64,000 nt of DNA from Leucoraja ocellata (Eukaryota), in the NCBI GenBank assembly GCA_036785375.1, contig JAWMAR010000065.1, forward strand, positions 4,960,001-5,024,000, in the 5' to 3' direction. A program made the position numbers and the translations under genes. The notes beneath the pieces were generated by a model. It ran no database searches. It saw nothing but the letters and a program-made list of their open reading frames with translations, and was not told the DNA's origin. Each line of letters begins with the position of its first letter. Position 1 is the first letter of the stretch. Of this stretch, positions 22,636 through 35,650 are shown in pieces.

Positions 22636-22975
22636 TTTGTCATATAATACTATTAGCTTAATGGCAGCACTCTCGCCTCCAAATCAATAGACGTGGATAG
22701 AGGTCCAGTCCACTTGTGTGCATATTTCAACTTTCATTACAGCACAGAGTTCTACACTTCTGGAGGTGTGATGTTCAAATGAAACACAAAACCAACATGC
22801 CCTCTTGCAATTCCAAGAACTCCCTGATGTCCAATCCAACAACAAAAAACAGAGGAACGGATCATTATTCCAAATTGCTTGCTGTCTTGTATTACAATAG
22901 TATCCGCACCACATGAATTACTTCACTGCCTGAACAGAGTTTGAGCAAGCACTAAATAAATTGCATTCTTTCTCT
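22636..22975 (+). mobile_element. Degenerate DeuSINE (SacSINE1/AmnSINE1-like)
   Basis: tggcagcactctcgcctc head, ggaggtg...tgaaac...aaacc body and 3' tacttcactgcctg resemble the recalled SacSINE1 consensus. Confidence 0.5.
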
Positions 22976-25589
22976 TCCTCACAAATATGCCAGCCTCAGT
23001 TTTCCACTCCATTTTAACAAAAGATTCACGTAGCCGCAACTAGAACAGCGTTTTGTACGTGGTTTGCCACAGTTGGTATTGGACCCTGACCTACGGCTTT
23101 AACACTAACACAGACACTTATTTACAATTCTTATCTATTCTAACTGAAGGCCATTGCCGCCAGACATGGTGCTTAAAATACACCGCGATGACTTGGTGCA
23201 TTGTCAAGTGAAGAACACATGGAAGTTATTCCATGGCATCTTCTGGAAGGGGATTCAAACAAAACTGACAGTAACTTTCCTACCATCACCAATGAAACAG
23301 AACCTAGCAATATACTACCACTGATTGGATCAGGTCTACTTTAACAATGTATTACGAACGGCATGGATAAGCCAAAATGGAGGTCTCATTGTATGTTGTG
23401 CTAAAGTGTCTGTGACCAGTATAAATTATGGTATCCTTTCAGCTTTAAAGCATTTATAGCAGTAGAAGTACAAGTATTTGTTATAGCACAGTACTCACTA
23501 CAGTGCATCTTGAAATACGACATCTTGGTTTCATACAATTGTGGAATGAGTTAAAGCTTCGCCCATACAATTAATCTGACCTTTGTCCCCCCATAATCCC
23601 ACAGAAATCCCCATTTAAACAAAATTAAACAAAAGCAGAATTAGATAGATAGCCACCAGGTCTCTTCCAAGTTGCTTCGCTGATATTATGATGTGTTCGC
23701 TGTTCAGGGAAAAGGCCTGCATGCTATTTAACAATTAACTAATTTCAAATCAATTTTCTAAAAAAATGAAGGTGTGTAAAATAAGAGCTGATCGAGTCAG
23801 ATATATACTGGAATCTTCACATTACATGATGATGCATTTGACTGTGTGGGGTGTACACATGCAAGATCAAATGACCCAGGCTCTTTAAAGCAATGTTGAA
23901 AGGTGGTTTAACCTCACTTACACAGGGTTTCTTGCATCAAACTCGAGCATGAAACAGAAGTTAAACAGGTACCAAAGAACAACAAGCTTGTGAAATGCCA
24001 ATGTCACATTTACCGAGGAATGAACACTTCACAGAGACATGAACAATGATGTTCACATCAAGCTAAATGGGGTATAGGCCAAGAAACAATACAAAATGGA
24101 TACTGGCAATGCCGGTGTTTTAAACATTAAAGTAAACAAACAAAAATACGATGGTTGTCAATGGAGAAGCTAATCAGCACCCAACAAGCTAAACTAACCT
24201 GGTGACCACATTACATGTTTCACAAATTACTTAAAGCAGCCAATTTTTATCCCTCATTTTAAAAGGATTTTTTTTTTTTTTTTAAACCTTACCAGTAAAA
24301 CCACGCAGATGATCTGAAAGTATGCTTTTCCTGAGATACGCAACTCAGCATCACTCCCTACCAACTCATTTTAATTATGTTCGAGTCAGGTGAACATAAC
24401 TGTCTTCCACAAAAGAGCAAATGTCACAAACTATTTATTCACTCCTCTCCTTGGCAACAATCTGAACCTATTGCCAATTTGCTAGCAAATGACAATAATA
24501 ATAAAAAATTGCAGCAGCTGCCACAAAAATCTGAAATAAAACCCAAAAATGCTGGAAACACTCAGCAGGTCAGGCAGCATATGTGGAAAGAGAAACAATA
24601 TTAACAATTCAGGTGCAAGACCATGATTGTTATAATTTCTCCAATGTCCCACATCACCCAACTTCAGCCCTGCCTCAACTCATCTGCCCCAATGTCCTTT
24701 TGTTGACGACTGCAAAGCACTCCTACTTTCTACTCTATAAACACGAGGCCACTTCAAACTCTGCTGCTTGTGTTTTAACTTTCTCCATAACCCACTCATC
24801 CATGGATGCTCTGACCTTCATTGGCTCCAAACTGAGAATGTAATAGGCAAATAGGCTTCACCGCTGAATAAAATTATACTTAATTTTATTCTACAAATCA
24901 ATGTTGCTGATCATCTCAGAAACTTTATTCCGTTTGTATGATCTTGCGTTTAAATTCATTGTGCTCCTTTCTTGCTTTCAAGCTACCCCCCATTTTTTAT
25001 ACAGTAGGGGTTTCTATTACAGTTCCTGCCACCAATGTTAAGACAAATTAGCCCACGTAAAATCTTCCATCTCCTTTCCTAAATACTGATACGCAGCAAA
25101 CTATCTCCCAGTCTTCCGATATTTCACCTTTTTGCTAATAAATTACAGGCAACTCCTGCATTACAGCCATTCGGGTTAAGGAGGTTTAAACTCACAGAAT
25201 TTAAAAATCAGCACCCAAAAAGTCGAGAGAACATTCGTTCCCATGAAAAGTGTACAAAAACACAAATAAACAAACACAAAACATACGTTAAAAAAAAAAC
25301 TAGCATTTCTTGACCCATGTGCGGATGTTGCAGCTTGCATCAATATTGACACTTTTCTAGGAACATAATCCATTTCCCCCCACCCCAGATGATGTGAGGG
25401 GTTGCCCATAATAGTGACTGCTCTACCTCTTGAATAGATTTTTATCACTGCATGAGTTGATTCATCAAAGCCACAATTTTAAACATCCTTATTTGTTTCT
25501 ACGCTCTTCCATGTCTGACTCTATTGGTTTAATCTTCCTCACCTCAACTGTCTTCTGACGTACCTGTACTCTCCAATTATACCTAAGAT

Positions 25590-26450
25590 TCAGATTGTCA
25601 TATATACCAGTGTGCAGTGAAATTCCTTGTTCACACAAGCTCAGTGTAAATAGTATACATGGTAACAATAAGCATAACAATAAAGACAGTGGTATATACA
25701 ATGATCAGTATAGAATGGTGCAACAATAGTGCAATTTGAAGAATACAAACAAATAATAAGATGCTTTAATGAAATAACCGAATGAGGAAGAGTTACATGT
25801 CGCAATACCTCAAGGAACAGAGTGTGAAAGAGGAGATTGCTTCAGGAGTCTGATGCTGTTCTTAAGTCTATTCTGGGATCTCTCTCTCCCCCAGAAGGTA
25901 GAAGTAAGAGAAAGGAATAGCCAGGATGGCAAACAGGATGACAGTACTTCCAGCCTTCCCTACGCAAAACACCATGGAGATGGACTAGATAGAAGATAGT
26001 GATGAGCCTGTGATGGACTGGGCTGTGTTCACCATTCTTTGCTGGTTTAGGTGATCAAGAACAGAGCAGCTGCGATACCAGGCAGAGATGCAACCCGCCA
26101 AACAGTTTCTATATTGATCGGCAGAAGTTCAAAGAATCCTCACGGACAGACCAAATTCCCGTCAGACGCCTAAGAAAAAAAAATATGCTGGCACGTTGGT
26201 TTCATCACCACATCAGTGTGAAAGGACCAAGATAGATTGCTGAAGATATGGATGATTATTGAAGCTGTCGTTCACCTCTACTGCAGCGCCACTGATGGGA
26301 ACAGACTGTGTCTAGTGAGTATCACCCCACTGCCTCCACTTACTTAGACCAACAATCAATTATTTCATTTTGCTGTAGTTTAGGGCGAGTTGTTGTTCTG
26401 ACACCATGGCACAAGGTTCCCGATTTATTTTCTGGACACCATTTCATCAG
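25590..26450 (-). mobile_element. Old Rex/Babar-like LINE 3' fragment
   Basis: Degenerate similarity to the 59.1-59.6 kb segment (ctgttcttaagtct, gatggactgggctgtgttcaccattct, gagcagctgcgataccagg); boundaries approximate. Confidence 0.55.
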
Positions 26451-26749
26451 AATGTATGGAAATATTTCGAGCACACGATATTAGCTACTTCTACCTTCTT
26501 TGGTCTATGAAAATTAAATCTCCTCCATCAGATTTTCAGCTCCCTTGGGAAACAACTAATAAGCTGAACGTGCATCAAACTTTTCAATAGCTTCATGCCC
26601 ATATGCTCAAACTCAACCCTGATCAACCGATTAACAAACACAGTAGCTTGTTCATGGGCAAAGCTATTGTGGTAGGATATAGACTGGGTATCTGACAAAA
26701 TTCTCCTGCACTAAGGCACAGGATCAGAGGATGACTGAAATGGGGGAAA

Positions 26750-27560
26750 ACAGAGTGCCAGAAAGTCAATAGGCAAAGAAATGGGCCTTTCTTTCTCCAA
26801 CCATGTTCAACCGACCTGCATTGAACCTCAACACCAATCCTATTTGTTTGCATTAGGTCCATATCCTACATTCCATGCCTCTTCAAGTGTCTGGTTAAAT
26901 CCCATCTAACCACAATGATTATATCTGATTTCACCATCTCCTTTGGGAGTGCATTCCAGATGTCAACCATTCTCTGTGTAATGAAATGTTCTGCCATAAA
27001 ACTCCTCTCTCACCTTAAACCTATCTCCTGATGCTTGATACTCCTGCCATGGGAGAAAAAAAAATTCTGACTATTCTGCCTATCGATTCCCCTTATAACT
27101 TTCTATACCCATCAATCAGATCATCCCTCATCCTCTCTTGCTTCAGGGAGAACAAGTCGTCCTATCCAATCTCATCCATAACTGAAGTCCTCCAATCCAA
27201 ACAACATCATGGCTTGTCTCCTCTGCACTCTTTCCAACACAGTCACATCCTTCCCATAGTAGGGTGAGCAGAACTGTACAATAATCTTTATGTAGTCTAA
27301 ACAGTGCTTTGTGAAGTTACAACATAACACCCCATTTTATATATTCTATGCCTCAACCTATGAAGGCAAGCATGCCAAATGCAGTCTTCACCATCTGATC
27401 TAACTGTATTGCTACTATCAGGAAACCTGAACCCCCAAAGTTCACCAACATTCCTCAGAATTCTATCATATGTCCTACCCCAATTTGACTTCCCAAAATG
27501 CACCACCTCGCATTTGTTGGGATTAAATTCCATCTGCCAATATTCTGCCCAATTTTCCAT
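26750..27560 (-). mobile_element. CR1-type LINE fragment (RT to 3' end)
   Basis: WAEYWQMEFNPNKCEVVHFG motif in ORF 27297..27560; CR1-like 3' tail near 26780. Confidence 0.85.
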
Positions 27561-28054
27561 CAGTTACAAAATAAAACTCGGCGAAAGAATTAGCTAATCG
27601 GCTGGTGAGGTAGCTCCAGCGACCAAGTTCAACCTAGCTGGTTTAATATGACCAACAAATAAAAATTAATGAATTTCCAGAGGGAAAAAAAATTAGTAAG
27701 CCTCAGTAAGGATAAAGAATTAGCAAAATTACCACGCTTTCCAGTTCAAATACAAAAGCAGTTTTAACTTACTTCCTGATCTGCCATCAATATTAATGCT
27801 CACCTCTCCCACTGCCATTTAACAAGAGGAAGGATCTCCTTATTGCCGCTGGCGTGATGGCCCAGTTCAGTGGCTGATATTGCACTAAGATGGTAATGTT
27901 CACCTGGTGGAGAATCCTTTACTGGATGGGACCTTGGATAGTCTGGCCAAGAAATATTCTTAACGGCAAAGGAACTTTTTTTATATCAATAACTTAACAC
28001 TTTTTAGGATTTACCCAATAAGGGTATCTGATGATAGGATAAAAATTCTGACTA

Positions 28055-28705
28055 TTGTCATACAGCATGAAAACAGGAAATTCAGCCACCTCGTCCATGC
28101 TAACCATGATGCCTCATCTAAGCTAGTCCATTTGGCGCATCATGCCCATGCTTCTCCAAATCTTTCCTATCCAAGTATCTAAATGTCTTTTAAATTATAT
28201 TATACTTGCCTCAGCTACTTCCTCTGGCAGCTCCTTCCATATACCCATCACCACTGTGTGAAAAAGTTGCCCCTCTCTTCAATCTTTCCCCTCTCACCTT
28301 CAACATTCCCTCTATTCTTGATTTCCCTATCCTGGATAAAAGACTGTGCATTCACCATATCTATTTCTCTCATGATTTTATATACCTCGAAAGGATTATC
28401 CCCCAGCATCCTGCATTCAAAAGAATAAACCCTTGACCTACCCAATCTTTAACTATAGGTCAGGTTTTTTGGCCCCGACAACAACTTTGTAAATTTTCTC
28501 TGAACCCTTTCCAGCTCAATGGCATGTTTCTCATAGCAAGGTGACCAAAACTGTACACCAATACTCATGGTGTAGTCTCACCCACATCTTGCACAATTGG
28601 AACTAACATCGTAACCTCTGTACTGAATTCCAGAACTGATGAAGGCCAGCATTCCAGGGCCTTCTTTGCCACCCTATCTACCTGTGATGCCACTTTCAGG
28701 GAAGC
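28055..28705 (-). mobile_element. CR1-type LINE 3' fragment
   Basis: EVYKIMREIDMVN...RGNFFTQW in ORF 28248..28445. Confidence 0.8.
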
Positions 28706-30541
28706 AGTGCCCAAACAATAAGCATCTCACTTCTGCACAGCTTACAATTTTGTGCAAGCATAGAACATTTCTGAAGGTAGCCTTGTACAAAATACTAATG
28801 AGACAAAAGGAGACCATTGAAGGTTCTGAGGGCTCTTTCCATTCTACTGGTACTGCTATCTGGTTGAGGATAATCATCAATATTGGTATGCCAAATCATC
28901 AATGCCAGATAGACAGCGCTGAACATGCGTGCATCAACTTGCCTGCAAATCAATAGGAAGATGTATCTGTCAACTAATGCACATTGCTACAAACCAGCAG
29001 CAAAATCTGAGTTCTGTGTAAAATTAAGTACATAAGTGTAAAAATACCAGCCATACCTACAATATTTTACCTACGTGTAATAGCTGGTCTGTACACAGAT
29101 CATGAAAAGGCTACCATTTCGTAAACTGCTAACATTTTGCAAGTTATAAATGATGACACGTTGATATGCTTAATTAATTTATTTTATTTAAAAAATAAAG
29201 TTAATACTGACGACAAGTTCATAAAAATTCTCCAAAATTTGATAAACAGGAATTTTATCATGGAACTCAAATTAAGCTGGACATACAAATTAGTTTTCTA
29301 AATTCTGTGACAGGAAGCCTGAAACCATAATATGAATAGTTGCTACAGAGACTGGGCAGAAATAAACATATTGAAAAGTAGCCAATGAGATCAAATTTTA
29401 CATCCCACATATATCATCATTCTCTACATTTAAATAGAGATTGGCGATACAACCTCTGCAATGTGCACTCTAGAAGGGATTCATACTTAATAAGCCGTGC
29501 AAATTAATTCAAACCCATAATTTGTTGTATTCAGGTCATCTGCCTTTTAGGCAGATGATGTGATTGATCTGTGTAATAGACTACCCGAGTTATGCTTACA
29601 AACTCAGGTCAGACGGGGCATTAAACTCCAAAAATTCCTTTACAACTTGCATATTTTGTAGGCACGAGTGTGTAGGAGAAGAAAATTAATGATTTTCTCT
29701 CCTTTTCTTTTTCCCTAACCCTACTCTGTTACTTCCTTTCCCCCCACCATTCCACAGCTAAGGGGCACAAAATCTACCATCTACAAATGAAGTACCACCT
29801 GGTTTTTGGATTTGAATCCCTGCACTGACTTCTCCGTCCCCAGATGGAGTTGACAAGGGTCTAACGGCCATCCAATAGCAATAAGATTGCTTCAATACCC
29901 CATGGCTATGATAAAGAGTCAGATTAAACCACTGAACAAACTTTACCATGCTAAGATTGTATTTTATTCTGGTCCAGTGGTCACAATGCAATTAATTTGA
30001 GTGATTTGTCAATTTATTGTGTGAAATAATGTATTTGTTTTGTGCTGGACAGGCAGTTAAGACTCTAAAAATATAGCATTTCCTTTCTAATATATTTTTT
30101 GCTCCCCTTGAAATTCAATTTCCACCAATAAAATGGTCAGCAAGTGCAAGTTTGGAATCTGAGTCACTGTGCAGATTGCCCAATAGTGCCCTTTCATTTA
30201 TAAACCATCTGACCCATGGAAGCAGCAGGAACAGTGCCTGGCATGAAATAGTATTTAAAGGGTATTTTTTCCCCACCTGTGAGTAACATGTCCCTAGAAA
30301 AGTTACAAAAGGAAGATTCTGGTGAACACAAAAGCATTTACATTGAATTAAATTGCAGTTGTACAGTATTGAAAATTAACAAGTGCTCAAACAACATTTA
30401 ACACTTAGTCCCAAGGCAGACATGGATTTCCCCAATGGCTTCTGAGTAAAGCAATATTCGGAAGAACTTCATCTGAATTGCACACTGATCCAGAAAGAAA
30501 ACAGCATTATCAGTGAAGCCTCCCCCCATTCCTTGACCTAC

Positions 30542-30674
30542 CTGTTTTGGGGTCCACATCTGCTGGTAAGTGTGGTGGGGGGTTACCTGGTGTGAAGTGT
30601 TCATTGCTGTACGTGATCAGCGGCGTTAGCGGGTGAACATGATGCGGATGCTGCACAACAGGTACTTTGTTAGA
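30542..30674 (-). CDS. tcf7l2: TCF7L2 exon 6 (133 nt): [44 protein letters not shown](G)
   Basis: Peptide matches the TCF7L2 central domain; acceptor ttttggcag|TCT, donor ACAG|gtaggt; phase 0 to phase 1. Confidence 0.97.
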
Positions 30675-33369
30675 CTGCCAAAAGAAAAACAGGAAGGAAA
30701 GTGGGTTAGACAAGAGTAACCATCCAATGAACTGTGACAGACCAATGTATCAAGCTAGAGGCGGAGTGGTTTCAGGGTAGATGTGTGGGGGGGAACACTT
30801 GATATTTAACAGCCTTCTGCTAATCCCTCAACAGAGGATATTTAAGAAGATTAGGTGGTGCCAAAAATCAAGAGACCAATATTAGATGATGAATGGTTTG
30901 AGTCAGATTTTATTTTGATAAGCGTCAATTTGAATGACTTATAAAACAATCATGTCTGTTACTATTTATTAATCAGGTTTTGATTTCTTAGCAATATACT
31001 TATTTTTACCACATCAAAACCAGAAATCCATTAAACAGGAACTATCTTCAACTAAGGAATTTGAGTCTAAAAGGTCACCTGGGGGAGAGAAATTATTAAA
31101 ATACCAGCCCACTTACAATGATGGATGACTATGGACAAAATGAGAGATGCTTTGCTTGATATGCAGGAGAAACAAAATACCTGGTTTCTCGATTATTTTA
31201 TTGACTCCAATTAAACTTGCTCATGATACTCTTACATCCAATCCCACCATTACAAATAGAATAGACAACTTTGCATCAGATCAAATTCAATGAAGATAAA
31301 AATGGTCATAAAATTACAAATATATTTTATGCAACACCCCATGAGATCAAATTAATTGTAATAACTCAATCTTATTGCACTGCAAAATTAATGGGTGCAC
31401 ATACACGTGGATATAACTTACGGAACTAGATAAAGTTCAGAAGTAAGGCAATGGCTCATGGTACCATCAAGTCTTATTAGGAACAGATAGAGGTTTTACA
31501 TGTCATGTGTAACTGCGTGAGCAAGCAAGTACGTGATTCAAATTCACTCCTTGCTAACTGAGGACTGAAAATCTGAGATTAAAGTTTCACAGTAAAAGTG
31601 ACAATGCCCCACTTTATACCACCGTTTTACCAGACAAAGTCACCTGCGTACCAATACCCATCATTTCTTACTATTTACACGGCTCCATCAGTCATTGTGC
31701 ATCGTTAACACAATGCTACATGTTTATTTAAAAGGTTGATGAGTAAGTATTCGTTGGATAAAAGTTTTAAGACAATCGTTGAACGTGACATTATGGCATT
31801 AAATTACTGATTACATTTTGATTACGTGGAATACAAAGTGTACAAAATCCCATTTTCAATAAGTTCTGCATATTTTGGAAAATAGGTTTGATGTACAGGA
31901 TTTGCAGGACTAATATTGTTAATTTTTGATATAGCAGTGATGACCGGCAGCCGGCAATAACCACAAGCTCCTTGTTCTTAAAAAAGAACCAGATTAGCTT
32001 TCCGTTGAAACAAACGAGATGCAAAACCTTGAACTTCAGCATGAAGATTTCATCACATTGCCACGGGGCATTTTAGGCAATGGAATCGCAACAGTCTGCT
32101 TTACAGCAAAAGGCTTTGTCCACTGGCATCACAAGCTTCCTGTAAGTCCATGCTTTGGATAGAATTTGCTGCAAAATTCTGTGAGCAAACAGCAGGAGGT
32201 CTTTTGCTAGTTATTTACTGTCTACAGTCGCTCCTGTTTCTAATTGGCGCCTGCAACTGTAATAATGAGGTTACAAGACACATGGACAATGCAGAGTAGA
32301 TGATGATTCAGTTTCTTCCCCTTCATCAACAAACTAATTTTGATTGTAATGAAATATTCATTAACAAAAAACAGTCAATTAGGCCCCACAATCCAACTGC
32401 AGTCCATTTAAGAGATTCCTTTGATATGCACATTTCCTTTCAAAATCCATGTTATATTAAGTAAACCTCATGTTTTAGTCGCACGAGAACTTTAATTTAT
32501 CATGCATTTGCACACAAGAAAATTGTAGTTACCTCCTTTGCAAGGATCACGGTTCTAATGCAGACTAAAGGGTTTGGATTATTTCCTAAAGAACTGGTGA
32601 ACAGCAAAAGAATCTTAGCCATCCAGCTTCCTCTGCAGTACCAAGAGCTGATCTGATATAACCGATAAACTAACCTCGCGCTGATGAGACAGGAATCGAT
32701 CTGATTCCCTTTTGAATACCTTGCCAGGGCTCAAAAGTCAATTGGTCCAAGTGAGAGGTGCGCCTTAAGCCAAGTTCAACACATGCCTGTATTATTAAGC
32801 TTATAAATAATGACTGATTCTTTGTTTGAGCACCAAATACATCTCTACCTTTACGTCACTGATACCGTGTTAAAATTTTAAAGAGTTGAGTAGTCTTCTT
32901 CTAACCCCCAACACTATTCTAAATAAGAATCCTGGCAAAATGATCTACAAATGGAATCAAAAGTTGCTTGTCGCACTGCCTCCTTATTGCGTATGACCGT
33001 GCCCATGTTTTCACACATCAATGCAACTTATAGTCCATATTTGCACAATACAAAACAATCAGCAGCACTAAATAACCAATCTCACTCAAGCGACCAAAAG
33101 ATTTATTGATACAAAAAGTCAGATCTGAGTAGATATGGGCAATCTACACTGGTTTTGATTAAAATGTGTATTATTGTGACTTCCCATGATGTTGATCTTG
33201 CTTCAACAGGATTGAAATTGCTTGCATCGTGGATTCCAACAGCAGATATTTGAAAACAACCCAAATTAATTAGGAACAAGAATGTTATTTGTTTTAAAGT
33301 AATTCAAAAACGAACATAATGACAGAAGTTCCTATAACAGTCAGACTCTTCATGATAAATGAGCATACA

Positions 33370-33507
33370 AAGGGGTGGGAGATTGCAACCTTCACGTGGT
33401 GCACCATGTTTCGGCTAATGCAATTAACCCGACGTGCACAAACAAATAGATCAAATAGAACAAGTTGACCTACAACTTTAGGCTCTGCACGCCATACGCA
33501 AGAAGAA
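33370..33507. repeat. Probable short interspersed repeat ending in (GAA)n
   Basis: CpG-containing block distinct from its AT-rich flanks, ending gccatacgcaagaagaag; single copy in the window and family not assigned. Confidence 0.35.
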
Positions 33508-35577
33508 GTTCATACAGAGAAAACAAAAAGACAGAAAAGTTGAACAGAAAAACCAAAACATAAACAAGAGAAAAACATAAACAAATAAAACAGAGGAAGG
33601 AGAGAATTTGCACTCACTTAAAAACTGTAATTAGCATTATTTAGTCAGCAGACCATAGTAAGAAATGTCTTAACATGAACTTGGCTAAATATTAATTTAC
33701 CCTCCGTCAAATTGCACATTTGCATCATTGGATAGTGAGGTCGAACTGACGAACACTCACAAGTTGACTTTGAGTTTGTTTGCACTTTAAAATCCATTAT
33801 CGAAGAAGACATTCAGGTGTTACAAGCATCTTACTGAGTGAATAACAATGCAGGCCAGAAACAAGCTGAACAAAATGCAGCTCTTCAGATCACATCATCA
33901 ATCCTGTGAACAAAACATAGTTTGAAAAGTGGACTGCCGGGTGGAAGCAGGACCTCGAAGTTGCTTGAGAGCAAAGAGCCCAAAATGTTAGAGTGAGTTA
34001 TGGCCAGAGTACGCTGTACATAGATCACAGAACTGTGATGTTGAATTTCAGAAAAAGAATATTTATGGGATAAATGTTACCTATTAAGACAAATTAATAA
34101 TCGGAGAAATTTAATGGAGACCATTGAATTTTCTGTTTTTAATTCGCAGTTTATAAATGCATTTGTTAATTAAGCATATGTTTCTACTATGTCAAACTGA
34201 TAGATTTGAACATTTATACTTTTACATCTGTCAGAAAATATTTTGAAACTATTATAAATTCTGCAGAGGAAGTCAAGAGCCCCTTTAGTATAACTGATTA
34301 GCAGGGACTTCCAGTGACATCTAAAGACAGACCTTAAAGCAGTTATTAATAATAAGTAGAGTTCAAATGACAGGATTCAATGAACTCTACTAACTTGCTA
34401 GTAACAGTATTGATTTTAATTCAGTTCCCTGACACGGTCTCCCCAAACGGGCCATCATTGCCTTAAGTAACAGCTTAATTTTTAAGTAGAAATACTGAGG
34501 AGTCTCTAACACATACAACCTTAATCACATATCGGCAGTTGAATTCACTCGCAACCAATGTCTAAACCGAAAATGATTTGCACAAATAGATAAAACCTAG
34601 CAGTGCAGAAAGCATCCCAAAATGAGTACCTGTTTATTATGACAATAATTAACCTCTCTGATTATGAAAGATTTTAATTTTGTTCCTTCAGAAACAAAGT
34701 GGCACAGTGCCAGATAATTTTTGACCGAAAAAGCTTTGACTGTAAAATAGCAAATAAAGCATTGACATTTTTTAAAAATCACAACTCATTATGAAACCCA
34801 CTTAATAAGATCTGATAGAGTGTTTGCTCTGACTTAAGTGGGCAATGAGAAGCAGTATTATTCAGATTATTTCATTTAGTACCACGATAATTTATTTTTG
34901 TAAGGGGAGCAGAGAAAATTGGATATTATTATGGCCCGCTTGAATTATGAAATGAACGTAAAAACTTTAAAAACTTGCAGCTGAACTGTAAGAGTACTTA
35001 TAATTTTGATAAGGTGATAGTTATAATTTGTCTGCCGGTATGCACAGCATTTGGTCCGATAAAACAACTTTAATTGCACACACATTCTTTATATACTTTT
35101 AAAGGAGATATCTAAATGAATAGTGTGGAATGTTTTCTCTCTGTCTCTCTTTTCACTGTAATTCATTGCTATAGTGATGCTGGTTGGTTTGGTTCACAAG
35201 ATCTGCTGCAGAAATAGGCAAGATTGAATTTGGGATCAAGAGCACATACGGAAAGTCCTTTGAGTGGCAGAGACCTTGGGAACAATTCAAAGGGAGGACA
35301 GTTTGGATAATTCAGGCCATTGACGTACAACGATAGACACCATGGGATGTGCAATGTTGCAACTTAGGCAGGACCTTAGAAGCATTTATTAAAAATACAC
35401 ACATTTTATAACACATGGCAATTTTAACTTGTATACATTTCACATAGTTGGTATGTATCTATATCTGGACACATTATTCCCAAGGTACCTGAAAAAACTC
35501 TCCAAAAGCAGAATTAATGCTGAACGGGAAATTTGAAAATTACAATTGCTGATGGACAATGCCACTATTTTAACCGG

Positions 35578-35650
35578 GTAGACACAAAACGGCAGCATCT
35601 CTGGAGAGGAGGATGGGTGACGTTTAGGGTCGAGACCCTTCTTCAGACTG
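35578..35650 (-). mobile_element. Short Penelope-type element with mutated hammerhead core
   Basis: Minus strand reads CTGAAGAagggtctcgaccc-TAAACGTC (GAAA changed to TAAA). Confidence 0.7.

Noticed and set aside
21787-27907. Exact 18-mer ATGGTAATGTTCACCTGG at 21787 and 27890
   Set aside because: Flanks are unrelated; a single match of this length is plausible by chance in AT-rich 64 kb
34355-34391. 11-bp inverted repeat AGTAGAGTTCA/TGAACTCTACT
   Set aside because: Too short for a pre-miRNA and has no other support
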